Assembly (NCBI RefSeq): GCF_028641065.1
Contig: NC_073380.1
Location: 60,946,001-61,010,000 of the forward strand
Origin: Leucoraja erinacea
Lineage: Eukaryota
Direction of reading: 5' to 3'
Length of the DNA: 64,000 bases
The notes under the pieces were generated by a model. It had not been told where the DNA came from, did no database searches, and saw only the letters and a list, made by a program, of their open reading frames with translations. The translations under genes and the position numbers were made by a program. How positions within the stretch are numbered: the first letter of the stretch is position 1; each line of letters begins with the position of its first letter. This document shows positions 38,552-51,456 of the stretch, one piece after another.

Positions 38552-39629
38552 TGTTTTTATTGTTGATGCTAATGATTTTTTATTGTTACGGGATTTTATT
38601 ATTTTGTTTGATATCACTTAATTTATTGTTTATGTGCATGTTTATAAAATTAATATTTTAAACATTACTTATTGATGCATGCTTTTGATCAAAATGTTAT
38701 TTTTGTTGACTCATGCTTTAACTAATCCCATATTGTATGATTGACATACAATGTACATTTGTTTTAATTTGTTTTCAGTTGTACATTGTTTAAGTTAGAT
38801 CATTGATCCTTTACATTCTCATTTGCATGTGACAGGTACTGCAGAGGGATGAACCCCAAATACACAACATTCATCACATCTTGCTGAGCCAACTGGCTAC
38901 TCTGCTGACAAAGTTCATAAAACCAGGTGCAATTGCCTTTAAAGTGATGTGAGAAAACTGGACGAATGACAAATCAATCCACAAAGAACAGTGACATCCA
39001 AATTGGATATGTCAAGCTTTCCTCAATGAAAACAAGGACAAACTCGACACAGCAGGTTTCTACAAAAGTGTAAAGAAATTCTACACAGCAGCTGCAACAT
39101 ACATTATCCTTTTCATGATGAGCTCCTTGTCAACTCCACAGTTGTAGATATCAAAGACGGGTTGAATGTGAAGTTTGAGTTTGTAGAGTACTTTGTCAAG
39201 CACTTTGGTCTAGTTCAATCTGAATGTATGGATTAGCTTCAGTCAGAGTTCAATCTCTATCAGATCGACAGAGACATCCACTACAAGATGGCGTGCGCAT
39301 TGACAGGCAGTGGCATGAAATTGGGGAAATGGAAGACATGATATCCAGGAAGAAGAAGTACCCACTTATAACCACAGAGATGAAATCAGTGCTGGTCATC
39401 TTTCATAGCAACACGGACTGTGAACATGTATTCAGTATTGTGGGCAAAAACAAAATAAAGAGCCTCCATGAACACTGAAACAGTGAGCTCATTAATTACA
39501 CAGATTGGCGTTGGCAAGCAGCAATCAGACCTGTTATTCAACATCATATGCCAATGATGTTCTCAGAAGATGCAAGAAGGCTACATATGAGGCCCTCAAA
39601 GCTGGAAAGAGAACCAGTTATTTTGTTTA

Positions 39630-40115
39630 TGAAGGAACTGCATGCAGATGGTGGAAAATCGAAAGTAGACAAAAATACTGGAGAAACTCAGCTGATGAGG
39701 CAGCATCTATGGAGCGAAGGAAGGCGATGTTACGGGTCGAGACCCTTCTTCAGATTGATGTGGGGATGGGGCGGGAAGAAGAAAGGAGGAGGTGGAGACA
39801 GTGGCCAGTGGGAGAGCTGGGAAGGGGAGGGGGAAAGAAGGAGAAATCAGGGACCTCCTAAAATTGGAGGTCAATGTTCATACCACTGGGGTGTAATCTA
39901 CCCAAGCGATATATGAGGTGCTGCTCCAATTTACGGTGGGACTCACTCTGGCCATGGAGGAGACCCATGACAGAAAGGTCGGACTCCGAATGGGAGGGGA
40001 AGTTGATGTGTTGAGCCACCGGGAGATCAGGTTGGTTATTGCGAACTGAGCGGAGGTGTTGGGCGAAGCGATCGCCAAGCCTACGCCTGGTCTCACTGAT
40101 GTAGAGCAACTGACA
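39630..40115 (-). mobile_element. Penelope-like element 3' part (GIY-YIG endonuclease + terminal repeat)
   Basis: LYISETRRRLGDRFAQHLRSV...PVAQHIN..SH...RKLEQHLIYRLGRLHPSGMNID. Confidence 0.85.
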
Positions 40116-41840
40116 CCTCAGTTCTTTAGTTTAGTATGGTCAGCAATATCCACAGATGCTATTTCATTTTGTTTCTTTAATTAAATTAATCAAATACATG
40201 TGTCAAAAAAAACTTGTTTCACTACTTTAAAAAACCCTTAAAATCCTGGAGCTACGGCGGGCCCCTGGACCCCACCGGGCGCTCACACTCCGTCACTCAT
40301 TTTTCATTTTCAAATGTTGGCAGGTATGCAATTAAGAATTTGCTCATTCCTGATTATTATGTTTTGCCCTGCAATCGAATTAGGGTTATAAAAAAGGAAA
40401 ATTGAGATATCCTAACTTTACGAAAGCAGTTTGCTTATGTCTCATTCATGCACTATCGCACAGGTTACCCACAGATGAGGAGATGTACATTGGGTTATTC
40501 AGCACTGCTTTCTGTAACAAACATTCCCTGCTTCTGTGTTCAGTCAGGCTGTCGCTATAGCAATCATCAGGGCACAGGTAACGGCATCTGGTGCAAGCGT
40601 GCTGCTAACCGTTAGTGCAATACAGCTCATCAAAAATCAATATTTGGTACTCAATGAATGTTAAAACAATTTCTCAAGGGAAACCTCTAATTCACATACA
40701 GATGTGGTTTCTGCCATGCTGGATGATTTACATTTTTTAATATCTGGATGACATTCCTTAGAAAGAATACTTATGCAGCAGCCAACATTAACTTGTTTGA
40801 AGCTATGATCGAGCAAATTGAATTTACTCTGAGATTACGACTTCATTTTAAAAGTGTCAGAACCTGCTCCAATATGTCAGCTAGTTTCATTTGATCAAAG
40901 ATTTAAATTAGTACCCAATGTCTAAATTTGCATTTCATCACTAATCTTCGAGGATACTTCCCTTGCATTGTAAGCATTTCCCACCTCCAACACTATAAAA
41001 AAAGTTAATGTATTAGATAAGTGTTATTGACAGTTAATTTAAGACTTTGGAAAGTAATCTTTAATCTATTCAATCCATCTTTAATTTGAAATGTAGTTAT
41101 AATATCTGACAAGAAATTCAATTACATTGCACTGTTTTGCCTCATATAGACTGCTTTACTATCTAACAAGTTACAAAAGGAACTGATCCTCATTCAATCA
41201 ATGAACATCCCACATTTTTGATTCAGAAAAGATCAATTGACTGAAGACTCTGATGCTGCACCCTGCAAATAATGCAGTATGAAATCGACAGTCATTAGGC
41301 CAAGAAATGGGGAAAAAATAAACCATGTTGATCCCTTCCCAATCAACCGAAAATCAAAAAATAATTCTTACTAAGCAAATGAGTACAGACAAATAAAATC
41401 CACTCATTTGTACACTCAATAAACAAAGTCTTCTTCAGATTACAATCTTATCTACAAAATGTCATGAACTCACCAGCACGAGAAATGATTTTTTCATCGC
41501 GTCCTCATTTCCACCAATGAGGACTTGCACTTGTTAATAAATAGCAATACAGCACCTACAGAATAGAGACAATCCATCAAATGTATCCTATCTAAAGGAC
41601 TGTGTGACATAATGCCCATACAAATTAAGGCTTGTATTCCAACACTGCAAATATATCTTTAGTTCAATTTGGAGAAATTGGTCGTATATCCGTAGCTGTC
41701 ACTTCCAGAGATTCATGGGTTAAGCAGATTATTCTCATTTAATTTTAAATACACTATGTACTGAATGGAGACTATCAATAACTTATTACACAATTTGACC
41801 CATTTTAGCTTAAAAATATATTTTGAGTTACGAGGTTTAA

Positions 41841-41923
41841 TGCTGGAAACTCAGAGTTAATAAGGTTTCCTCATCACATTATCGGATGGGTAAACGGCAT
41901 TGGTAGTCATCATGGTTCCAGCA
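41841..41923 (-). ncRNA. SNORD87: Box C/D snoRNA SNORD87 (U87), copy A
   Basis: Minus strand: 8-bp terminal stem TGCTGGAA/TTCCAGCA; box C ATGATGA; guide TGCCGTTTACCCA complementary to 28S rRNA GGGUAAACGGC; D' CCGA; C' GTGATGA; box D CTGA. Confidence 0.92.
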
Positions 41924-44362
41924 AAAACTTAATCTAACTCAACTAACTACTTTTAATACATTAAATTTTATAAAAATCATTTAAACACCAGTTTAGGACA
42001 TTCCCCAATAGAATTCTTTGTCAACTAACTTTTACAAATCACAATAAATAAACACATAATTTTTACCTTCATATTCTTCAAAACGGGCACAACAGTAGAT
42101 ATCAACATCCAATCCATTCATGTTGCATTTCTTATGGTTTGTAAGACGTCTGTTGAAAATATCTGCCATGCCCAATAGGTAATATTGACAAAGAAAATAA
42201 TCAATCCATTATTTTAATTTCCCAAGTTAACACAAACAGATTCAAACTTTTCTCTTCAGATGCTGATTTTCTATCTATTAAAATCTGAAAAATAGATTTT
42301 CTATCTACTTGTTTTCCATCACATTATATTATATTACTTATTCTTTTCAACACCAAATTATTTGGATACATTATACCAAGAAGAAAAATGAGCTTAAAAA
42401 GTGCTTTACGAACAGTTTGTGGACCAGCTTGAGAAGGTCATACAAAGATCAAAATATTCAACTGTGATGTTCACAGAGCAGTTTTGCCTACTTTATTTGT
42501 GTAATTCTGTGATGAAATTGGCAAGACTGGATCTACCATATGTTTTTGTAACTCCCAGCATTTACCTCACAGGTGTGATATCTGCAGCCTGCTTTTAAAG
42601 TAACATTCTCCCAGCTATAGAATGAATCCATAATGATTGGGCTGGGGAAAGGGGGAAGAAAGTTCACCAATGATGACATGGATAGGCAGGAAGAACAGTA
42701 CCCATGGGAACAATGTTTAAGAGACGGGGAGGGCAAAGCAAACCTACACCCACCAGCAGGCACGCTAGACAAGAAAAATGTTTCTAGAAACAAACTTATT
42801 CTTATTGGATCACACTTTAAAAGTAGCAGGTTATAAACAATTCCATATAACTCTCAGAATACAAGTACTAGTGATGCCAGCTCAAAGTATAGAATGCAGG
42901 AATTAAGTTGATGGACTAAAAAAAAGATATTGAATACACAGTATAAAGTGGTGAATAAAGGAAGGGAAGATGAGTTACATCATTGCTTATCAAAGCTTGA
43001 AAAAGCTGGTGAAAATTAACTACAGATGAAGAAAGAAACTTTACAATCTTAGATTAAATAATGAAATAACTTAGAATAGCAATCAACAAAATGCTCCTCA
43101 AGTATATAGTTCTCTCCAGAACAAGAAACATATTCTATGGTTGTAAAAGTAATGGATAATAGCCATGAGATTAAATATTGATGTAAAAGATAAAATATAG
43201 AGAACTTTATGCCAAAAAAAGAATCTGTTGGCCATGCAGAACGGGAAAAAGTTAAATATGAAAATTATAGACAAAAGGTTCAAATTAGGCTGTATATTTA
43301 AATTACTTTCTCATACAACTGTATTTATAACAAACAAAATTAAAATTAATTTATTTTCTATCAAAAATAAACATTGATTTGGTTGTGGTCTGAAAGGGGA
43401 TTTACTTAAATAATCTTCCAACCAATAGAAATCTAACCTGTAATATGGCTCACAAAATATGTTTAACGATTAATAATTATGGTATAAGGTTCATAGTTCC
43501 ATTACATAGGAACACATATTCCAACACAACAAATTTGATACATCCACTGTAAGTTCATCTCAAGACTTTTGACTCAAAAAACAGTTTATAATACCGCAGA
43601 GGCAACCAAACAAAGATCCATTGAAATCTCAGCAGAAATAAATCACTGACCATTACTTTTTTCTCTTCTGTAGAGAATAGTGGCATGGTCAGATACACTG
43701 GACAGCTATGAGCATGATGGCCCTGTGGCAAGGGGCAATTTATCATCCAAATTAGAACAAACAGCTGCTACCATGATTTATGATGACACCTTCACTAGCT
43801 AGACTATAAAAGTCGCATGTCTTTTTGTAGACTAATTTATCATTTATGGAGAATTTTTGTGGCAGTGATGAAAATTAGTTTCTACAATCAGCTCTACGTG
43901 GCCATATTTAGGACAGCTCCCCATCTATGAAGTAACAATACGACTTTGACACACTCTACACCCCCCTCCCCCCACCCCAGAACAACCATAACGGGGGAGG
44001 GGGCAGGGGTTGCCTATGACCTGCTTCTCTGTTCAACATCATGGCAATACTTGGCCTCAGAGCTACCTTCCTGTCCAACCCTCACATCTTTCACTTTTTT
44101 ACTAACTGACCCTACCCACAGCAATAAATACTCCAGCCTCAACTATACTTAAAACTCAGTGTCTACACCAAATTGGCTGAAGAATTCCAAAGATTCACAC
44201 TCACAAAAGGTTTTTCATTTGCAACCTCAATGGTGGGTCCCATATCCTGAGCCTCTGAACCCTTGTTCAAAACATTCCACCAGGAGAAATATCTTCTTGC
44301 CACCTACCATGTCAAGTCTCCTCAAATTTTCACACCTATATATTAAAACAGTACACGATAGA

Positions 44363-45108
44363 TAGGCGGCACGACTCTCGTCAGCAGCGGCCTCTGCAGC
44401 CCGTCTGCGTTTTTATTATTTTTTGTCTATGTTTTTATGTAGTTTTTGTTATTTTTTGTTGGGGTGTGTGTGTGGGAGGGAGGGGGTAACTTTTAATCTC
44501 TCCCTGCACGGGAGACCCGACCTTTCTTTGTCGGGTCTCCGTTGTCGTTGGGGCTGCAACGAGGAGCGCCTCCAACAGGAAGACCGGGGGCTCTGGTGCC
44601 GACGACTCACCTCACCGTCGGGGAGCTGGCCGAGTCCAGAGCGGGTGGAGCGGTGGTGGAGTGCTGCTGCGGCCCGACCTCCGGAGATTCGGAGATGCAA
44701 CTGGATGGATACCGCTTTTCAGGGCTCCCGCAACGGCGACTTCTGCCGCCCGAGTTGCGGGGTCGAAGAGCTCCTGGAGCGGGGCCTCACAGCACCGCCC
44801 CGCGCGGCTTGGAATGGCCGCGGGACTCTGCGAGCGCACGCCGGGGGCTCCAACATCAAGAACCCGGTGTGCGACCTTGCACCACCCAGCGTGGCTTTAA
44901 TGGCCGCGGGACAATTGCCATCGCCAGTCGGGGGCTTTGACTTTGACATCTGGGGGGGGGGGGGGGGGGGGGGAAAGAGTGCAGTGGAGAGATAAGTTTT
45001 TTGGCCTTCCATCACAACAATGTGATGGATGTTTATGTAAATTATGTTGTGTCTTGGGTCTATTTGTTTGTAATGTATGGCTGCAGAAACGTCATTTCGT
45101 TTGGACCT
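44363..45108 (+). mobile_element. Unclassified GC-rich SINE-like interspersed repeat
   Basis: CpG-rich body; its 3' part (ttttggccttccatcaca...gatgtttatg) resembles repeats at ~1960-2140 and ~54225-54395. Confidence 0.55.
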
Positions 45109-45109
45109 C

Positions 45110-45452
45110 CCTGGCTTGCTGGATTCCCTTAGTGTAAGTAGAACGTGCAAGTGTGAAGTCGTGCTTGCAATGTAGTTAATAAAGTCTTTGGATCTTTATC
45201 TTGGTGCAAGGCTTCTGTTATTGTATGGTCATCACTCAACATGGTGTCAGAGTGTACGGACTTACTCCTCGATTCATTATATTGTTCTTTTATTAGTTTG
45301 TTATTTTTCTACTGTGTACAATGGCTTCTGCTCTCAAGAAACCAGAGATCTTGGTGTTTGATGCAGATCTTACAGAACGATGGCGTGCGTTTGAAGACGA
45401 TTTTTCAATCTACATTGATGCTGCATACCCTACGGCTGATCCTGCTCTTGAC
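45110..45452 (+). mobile_element. Gypsy LTR retrotransposon fragment (LTR end, PBS, gag start)
   Basis: AATAAA...CAACA|TGGTGTCAGA (LTR end + PBS-like), then MASALKKPEILVFDADLTERWRAFEDDF-IYIDAAYP, gag-like with one frameshift. Confidence 0.65.
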
Positions 45453-45495
45453 ACATTTTAGCTTAAAAATATATATTTTGAGTTACGAGGTTTAT

Positions 45496-45578
45496 TGCTG
45501 GAAACTCAGAGTTAATGAGGTTTCCTCATCACATTATCGGATGGGTAAACGGCATTGGTAGTCATCATGGTTCCAGCA
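45496..45578 (-). ncRNA. SNORD87: SNORD87 (U87), copy B
   Basis: Same boxes, guide and stem as copy A; one substitution between C' and D. Confidence 0.9.
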
Positions 45579-46431
45579 GTCAGGTGATTGTGAATTGAAA
45601 AGGATAAACAAGTGATGATGTTTCCATACAATTGCTGCCCTTGTCACTTGACATGGTGGATGTTACAGCTCGAGAAGTACTATAAAAAAAACTTAAGTGA
45701 CTGGGTGACTGCAGACCATCATGTAGATGCTGCATATGAAACAGTGAGCAGGGCAGAAGGAGTGAACATTCAAGGTGATCTGTGGGCTGCCAATCAAACA
45801 GATTGTATTGCATTGAATGAGGGAGATGATTGTTGCAGCTGTACTCATTTAAGCATGTAGAATGTGTTCCGCTACATTGCTCTCCAACACCTTATTGTTA
45901 GTGGAAAGTCAAAGGTGAATCTTTGAATGTAGAAAATCCAATGCCTGGTATGTTCAGTGCCATGGTAATTATGTATCTAGTTTGTGATCAATGATGAAAC
46001 CCAAGATGTTGCCAATGGAGGATTTGGCAATCACAATGTCATCAAATAGCAATAGAGGTGGAAGATTACCTGTGTTGGGGATGGCCGATGCTTTCTTCAA
46101 CTTCTCAAATGTTATTTAGATCTTTACAGCCAAGCCCCAATGTTGTTCAGGTTTGTAAAAGGCATGTACTGCTCATCCACTGTGGAGAAAATAGAAATGG
46201 TCATTACTCTGATCATTCATGTTTCTAACGTAAAGATGAAGCCATTAAAGATGATTGGGCCTGTGACACTGCTCTGTGGGATCCCTGCCACAATCACAGA
46301 AATGAGAATAGCCTGCAACAGCTATCTGACTTTGAACATATAACCATATAACAATTACAGCACGGAAACAGGCCATCTCGGCCCTACAAGTCCATGCCGA
46401 ACAATATATAATTTTGAGTTACGAGGTTTAT

Positions 46432-46514
46432 TGCTGGAAACTCAGAGTTAATGAGGTTTCCTCATCACATTATCGGATGGGTAAACGGCATTGGTAGTCA
46501 TCATGGTTCCAGCA
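46432..46514 (-). ncRNA. SNORD87: SNORD87 (U87), copy C
   Basis: Identical to copy B. Confidence 0.88.
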
Positions 46515-47302
46515 GTCAGGTGATTGTGAATTGAAAAGGATAAACAAGTGATGATGTTTCCATACAATTGCTGCCCTTGTCACTTGACATGGTGGATGTT
46601 ACAGCTCGAGAAGTACTATAAAAAAAACTTAAGTGACTGGGTGACTGCAGACCATCATGTAGATGCTGCCTATGAAACAGTGAGCAGGGCAGAAGGAGTG
46701 AACATTCAAGGCGATCTGTGGGCTGCCAATCAAACAGATTGTATTGCATTGAATGAGGGAGATGATTGTTGCAGCTGAACTCATTTAAGCATGTAGAATG
46801 TGTTCCGCTACATTGCTCTCCAACACCTTATTGTTAGCGGAAAGTCAAAGGTGAATCTTTGAATGTAGAAAATCCAATGCCTGGTATGTTCAGTGCTATG
46901 GTAATTATGTATCTAGTTTGTGATCAATGATGAAACCCAAGATGTTGCCAATGGAGGATTTGGCAATCACAATGTCATCAAATAGCAATAGAGGTGGAAG
47001 ATTACCTGTGTTGGGGATGGCCGATGCCTTCTTCAACTTCTCAAATGTTATTTAGATCTTTACAGCCAAGCCCCAATGTTGTTCAGGTTTGTAAAAGGCA
47101 TGTACTGCTCATCCACTGTGGAGAAAATAGAAATGGTCATTACTCTGATCATTCATGTTTCTAACGTAAAGATGAAGCCATTAAAGATGATTGGGCCTGT
47201 GACACTGCTCTGTGGGATCCCTGCCACAATCACAGAAATGAGAATAGCCTGCAACAGCTATCTGACTTTGTACAATATATAATTTTGAGTTACGAGGTTT
47301 AT

Positions 47303-47385
47303 TGCTGGAAACTCAGAGTTAATGAGGTTTCCTCATCACATTATCGGATGGGTAAACGGCATTGGTAGTCATCATGGTTCCAGCA
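47303..47385 (-). ncRNA. SNORD87: SNORD87 (U87), copy D
   Basis: Identical to copy B. Confidence 0.88.
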
Positions 47386-49954
47386 GTCAGGTGATTGTGA
47401 ATTGAAAAGGATAAACAAGTGATGATGTTTCCATACAATTGCTGCCCTTGTCACTTGACATGGTGGATGTTACAACTCGAGAAGTACTATAAAAAAAACT
47501 TAAGTGACTGGGTGACTGCAGACCATCATGTAGATGCTGCATATGAAACAGTGAGCAGGGCAGAAGGAGTGAACATTCAAGGTGATCTGTGGGCTGCCAA
47601 TCAAACAGATTGTATTGCATTGAATGAGGGAGATGATTGTTGCAGCTGTACTCATTTAAGCATGTAGAATGTGTTCCGCTACATTGCTCTCCAACACCTT
47701 ATTGTTAGTGGAAAGTCAAAGGTGAATCTTTGAATGTAGAAAATCCAATGCCTGGTATGTTCAGTGCCATGGTAATTATGTATCTAGTTTGTGATCAATG
47801 ATGAAACCCAAGATGTTGCCAATGGAGGATTTGGCAATCACAATGTCATCAAATAGCAATAGAGGTGGAAGATTACCTGTGTTGGGGATGGCCGATGCCT
47901 TCTTCAACTTCTCAAATGTTATTTAGATCTTTACAGCCAAGCCCCAATGTTGTTCAGGTTTGTAAAAGGCATGTACTGCTCATCCACTGTGGAGAAAATA
48001 GAAATGGTCATTACTCTGATCATTCATGTTTCTAACGTAAAGATGAAGCCATTAAAGATGATTGGGCCTGTGACACTGCTCTGTGGGATCCCTGCCACAA
48101 TCACAGAAATGAGAATAGCCTGCAACAGCAATCTGACTTTGTACAATATATAATTCTACCAGTTGATTTATCTTCCAATATTCCACATCACTGATTCCAG
48201 TAGTCTCCAAACATTACTAGGAATTGTTGTTTCCACACTCAAAACTAGATAGATCAACCTTCTCAACATCAGATTTAGACAGATCAAAGTCAATTCCAGT
48301 AAACCTTGCAAAGTCTTTCCCACGAAGAGCTGATGACTAGAGATACATTATGGAAATGTCCTGACAACAGCCCGACAATCATATTCAAAGAATCATTACC
48401 TTACAGCCAACATTATTGATTCTTCCACCACAATCCTCATGTGCATCTTGTGCTACTAATTGTACAAACAATTGGAAGTGGAAATACAGTGATTATATAA
48501 TCAAGAATGAACAGCCCCAAGAACATTGACGCTGGACCACAAAAAGCAAGCTCAAAACACCAGATTTGTCAAACATGGTTTCTCTATCATGAACTATATC
48601 AATCCCATTATGGTTCTCCATTACTAGATTCCAGCACTTCCCCTAATATTGATGTCAGCCTAAAATATCCCCATTTTTCTCTCCTGTCCCGAGCAGCAGA
48701 ATATTTTCTACCCCCCATTTTGTTTTTTAGAACGGTTCTAGAATTTATGGAATTTCTGAAAATGTTACCAAGGGCATCCACTATCTCTATAGCTAACTTT
48801 AAAACCTTAGGATAGAGGTAATTGGAAACTGGGGATTAATCACTTTTCAGTCACATTAATTTCACATTTTACAATTATTAATTTTTCAGTTTCTGATTCA
48901 CTCCTGCCAGTGATTTCCTACTGTCTACAGTAGGTTCATCTTTTAAATGAATATTTGCTTAATTACTCTGCCAATTCTTTATTCCCCAATTTCTTCTGCC
49001 TCCAAATGTAGACCAATTTAAGTTAGCCATAATGACAAAGACTGCTATTTGGCCCATCAAGTCCATATAAAGCAATGCACACGGTAGACAATTAATTCAC
49101 TTTTGGATGTGAGGGGAAACTGAAGAACCTGGCGGAAACCCATATGGCCATGAGAAGATTGTATAAACTTCAGACAGAACCTGAGCTCAAGATCAGCTCC
49201 CTGGAGCAGCAAAACTAATTGTGCTTCTATGCTAATCTTAAAGTTAATGAAATATTTTTTCATACCTCCAGAAGCTCTTATAATCTGTTTTTATGTTTCT
49301 TGCCACTCTCCTGTCCTCTTTTGCCTTGGCTTTTTCTGAATTCCAATGTTTCCTATTTTTCTCTGGCAAAATAAAACACATTTGCCTTAGATCTAATATG
49401 ACTTTAAATTTATTGATGGTGTCAATCATAAATTATACATTAATTCTTTAAATGTTGGTTATTTACTGCCACAACTTTTAATGTAATTAACTAATCCATT
49501 GTGGCTAACTCGTACCTTTCTTTGTAGTTTGCAGTATTCATTTTAAAGCTCTACTTTCAGACTGAATTAAATCACTTTCTCTTTTAATATAAAACTTGCA
49601 TTTTACTGTGAACGCTGTTCCCTGAAGACATCTTGACCAACTTTCAAATCCTTACCAAATGAGAGAGCAGTCATGACAAAGCACAAACTACAAGCTGAGT
49701 TTCCTCGTTATTAGCAACAGCATGGGATGTCCAAGGGGTGGTATTGTAAGGCATTTAAGAAAGAAAGGATCCGTTTGGAGGAAGTGCAAGTGCAAATCTA
49801 TTATCATAGGAAGATGTAGTGAATGTTGAAAATATGAAATCAAAAAACTGGTATCTCAAATCATGCAACGTAATTTTGTCAAAGAAAACCTGGCTACCCA
49901 GCATTTCCTGTTCTCATTTCAGTTTCCCGCTTTACTTTTGTAAATCTATCCATA

Positions 49955-51417
49955 AACCTGTGCGGACCAACTGGCTGGGGTTTTTACGGACATTATCAAC
50001 CTCTCACTTCTGAGGTCTGAGGTTCAATCATACCGGTCAAGAAGAGCAAGGTAACGTGCCTCGAAAACTATTGACCTGTGGCACTACGTCGGTGGTGATG
50101 AAGTGCTTTGAGAGGTTGATCATGGCGCAAATCAACTCCTACCTCGACAAAAACCTGGACCCACTGCAGTTCGCTTACCGGCACAACAGATCAACGGTGG
50201 ATGCGGTCTCGCTGGCTCTACACTCTCCTCTGGAACACTTGGACAATAAAAACTCATATGTCAGGCTGTTATTCATTAATTACAGCTCGGCATTTAATAC
50301 AATCATCCCCTCCAAGCTGGTTACCAAACTCTCAGAACTGGGTCTCTGCGCATCCCTCTGCAATTGGATCCTCGACTTCCTCATTCACAGACCAGTCTGT
50401 CCGTATTGGTGGAAATTGTCAGCCTCGATAACAATCAGCACGGGAGCACCTCAAGGCTGCGTGCTCAGCCCCCTGCTGTACTCACTCTATACTCATGACT
50501 GCGTAGCTGGTCATAGTGCGAACTCCATCATCAAGTTCGCTGACGACACCACTGTTGTGGGACGTATCACTGATGGGGACGAGTCAGAGAATAGAAGATA
50601 GATTGACCAACTGACCAAATGGTGCCAGCACAATAACCTGGCCCTCAAAACCAGCAAAACCAAGGAACTGTTTGTGGACTTTGGAACAAGTAGGATGGGG
50701 ACCCACAGTCCCGTTTATATCAATGGTTCGATGGTGGAAAGGGTCAAGAGCTTCAAATTCCTGGGCGTGCACATCTCTGAAGATCTCTCCTGGTCTGAGA
50801 AAACTGATGCAATCATAAAGAAAGCACATCAGCGCCTCTACTTCCTGAGAAGATTACAGAGAGTCGATATGTCAAGGACTCTCTCTAACTTCTACAGGTG
50901 CACAGTAGAGAGCACGCTGACCAGTTGCATCGTGGCTTGGTTCGACAACTTGTACGCCCAGGAACGGAAAAGACTACAAAAAGTAGTAAACACTGCCCAG
51001 TCCATCGGCTCTGACCTCCCTACCATCGAGGGGATCTATCGCAGTCGCTGCCTCAAAAAGGCTGGCAGCATCATCAAGGATCCACACCATCGTGGCCACA
51101 CACTCATCTCCCCGCTGCCTTTCGGTAGAAGGTACAGGAGCCTGAAGACTGTAACATCCAGGTTCAGAAACAGCTTCTTCCCCACAGGCTATTGAACTCA
51201 ACGCAAACAAAACTCTGAACATTAATAGCCCATTATCTGTTTATTTGCACTTTATCTGTTTTATTTATTCATGTGTGTATATATTTATACAATGGTATAT
51301 GGACACACTGATCTGTTCTGTATTCATGCCTTCTATATTCCGTTGTGCCGAAGCAAAGCAAGAATTTAATTGTCCTATCTGGGACACATGACAATAAACT
51401 CTCTTGAATCTTGAATC
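49955..51417 (+). mobile_element. Rex1/Babar LINE, 5'-truncated; same family as 3785-6322
   Basis: [54 protein letters not shown]; (cttgaat)n tail. Confidence 0.92.
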
Positions 51418-51456
51418 TAAATTTAGCAATAATTAATAACAATTTAGTTATCAACA

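Larger units (their letters stand above)
36600..40328 (+). mobile_element. hAT-superfamily transposon relic with intron-containing, pseudogenised transposase
   Basis: MFPDSKIAQKYSCARTK, FSVATDGSTD, SFATDNATVMVGKHNGV, GCP*H, KHVSTR|WLSL, NQ|VLQRDEPQIH, VIFHSNTDCEHVFSIV (dimerisation region); right TIR gttggcaggtatg ending 40328; stops and frameshifts present. Confidence 0.85.
45470..48155. repeat. Tandem triplication of an ~871-bp unit containing SNORD87 and a decayed LINE RT piece
   Basis: Units start ~45470, 46401 and 47272 and differ by only a few substitutions. A 65-bp CR1-tail insert lies at ~46336-46400. Minus strand has an AGIPQSSVTGPIIF RT remnant. Confidence 0.95.

Noticed and set aside
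38041-38661. 206-aa and overlapping Arg-rich ORFs
   Set aside because: They lie within a GC-rich MITE and are open by composition.
36728-39600. Domesticated transposase gene (ZBED/ZNF862-like)
   Set aside because: In-frame stops (e.g. GCP*H) and frameshifts are present, and the TIR is retained.
45611-45790. Plus-strand box C-like GTGATGA suggesting a second snoRNA in the repeat unit
   Set aside because: No suitably spaced box D with a terminal stem or recognisable rRNA guide; opposite strand to the host gene.
45580-48153. Repeated short ORFs (MMMFPYNCC…, MQYNLFDWQ…, MLFRFVKG…) suggesting a tandem peptide gene family
   Set aside because: They recur only because the 871-bp unit is triplicated; the sequence is decayed LINE, with no domain or splice support.
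45470-48155. CRISPR-like array
   Set aside because: Eukaryotic DNA; whole units are repeated with no unique spacers and no cas genes.
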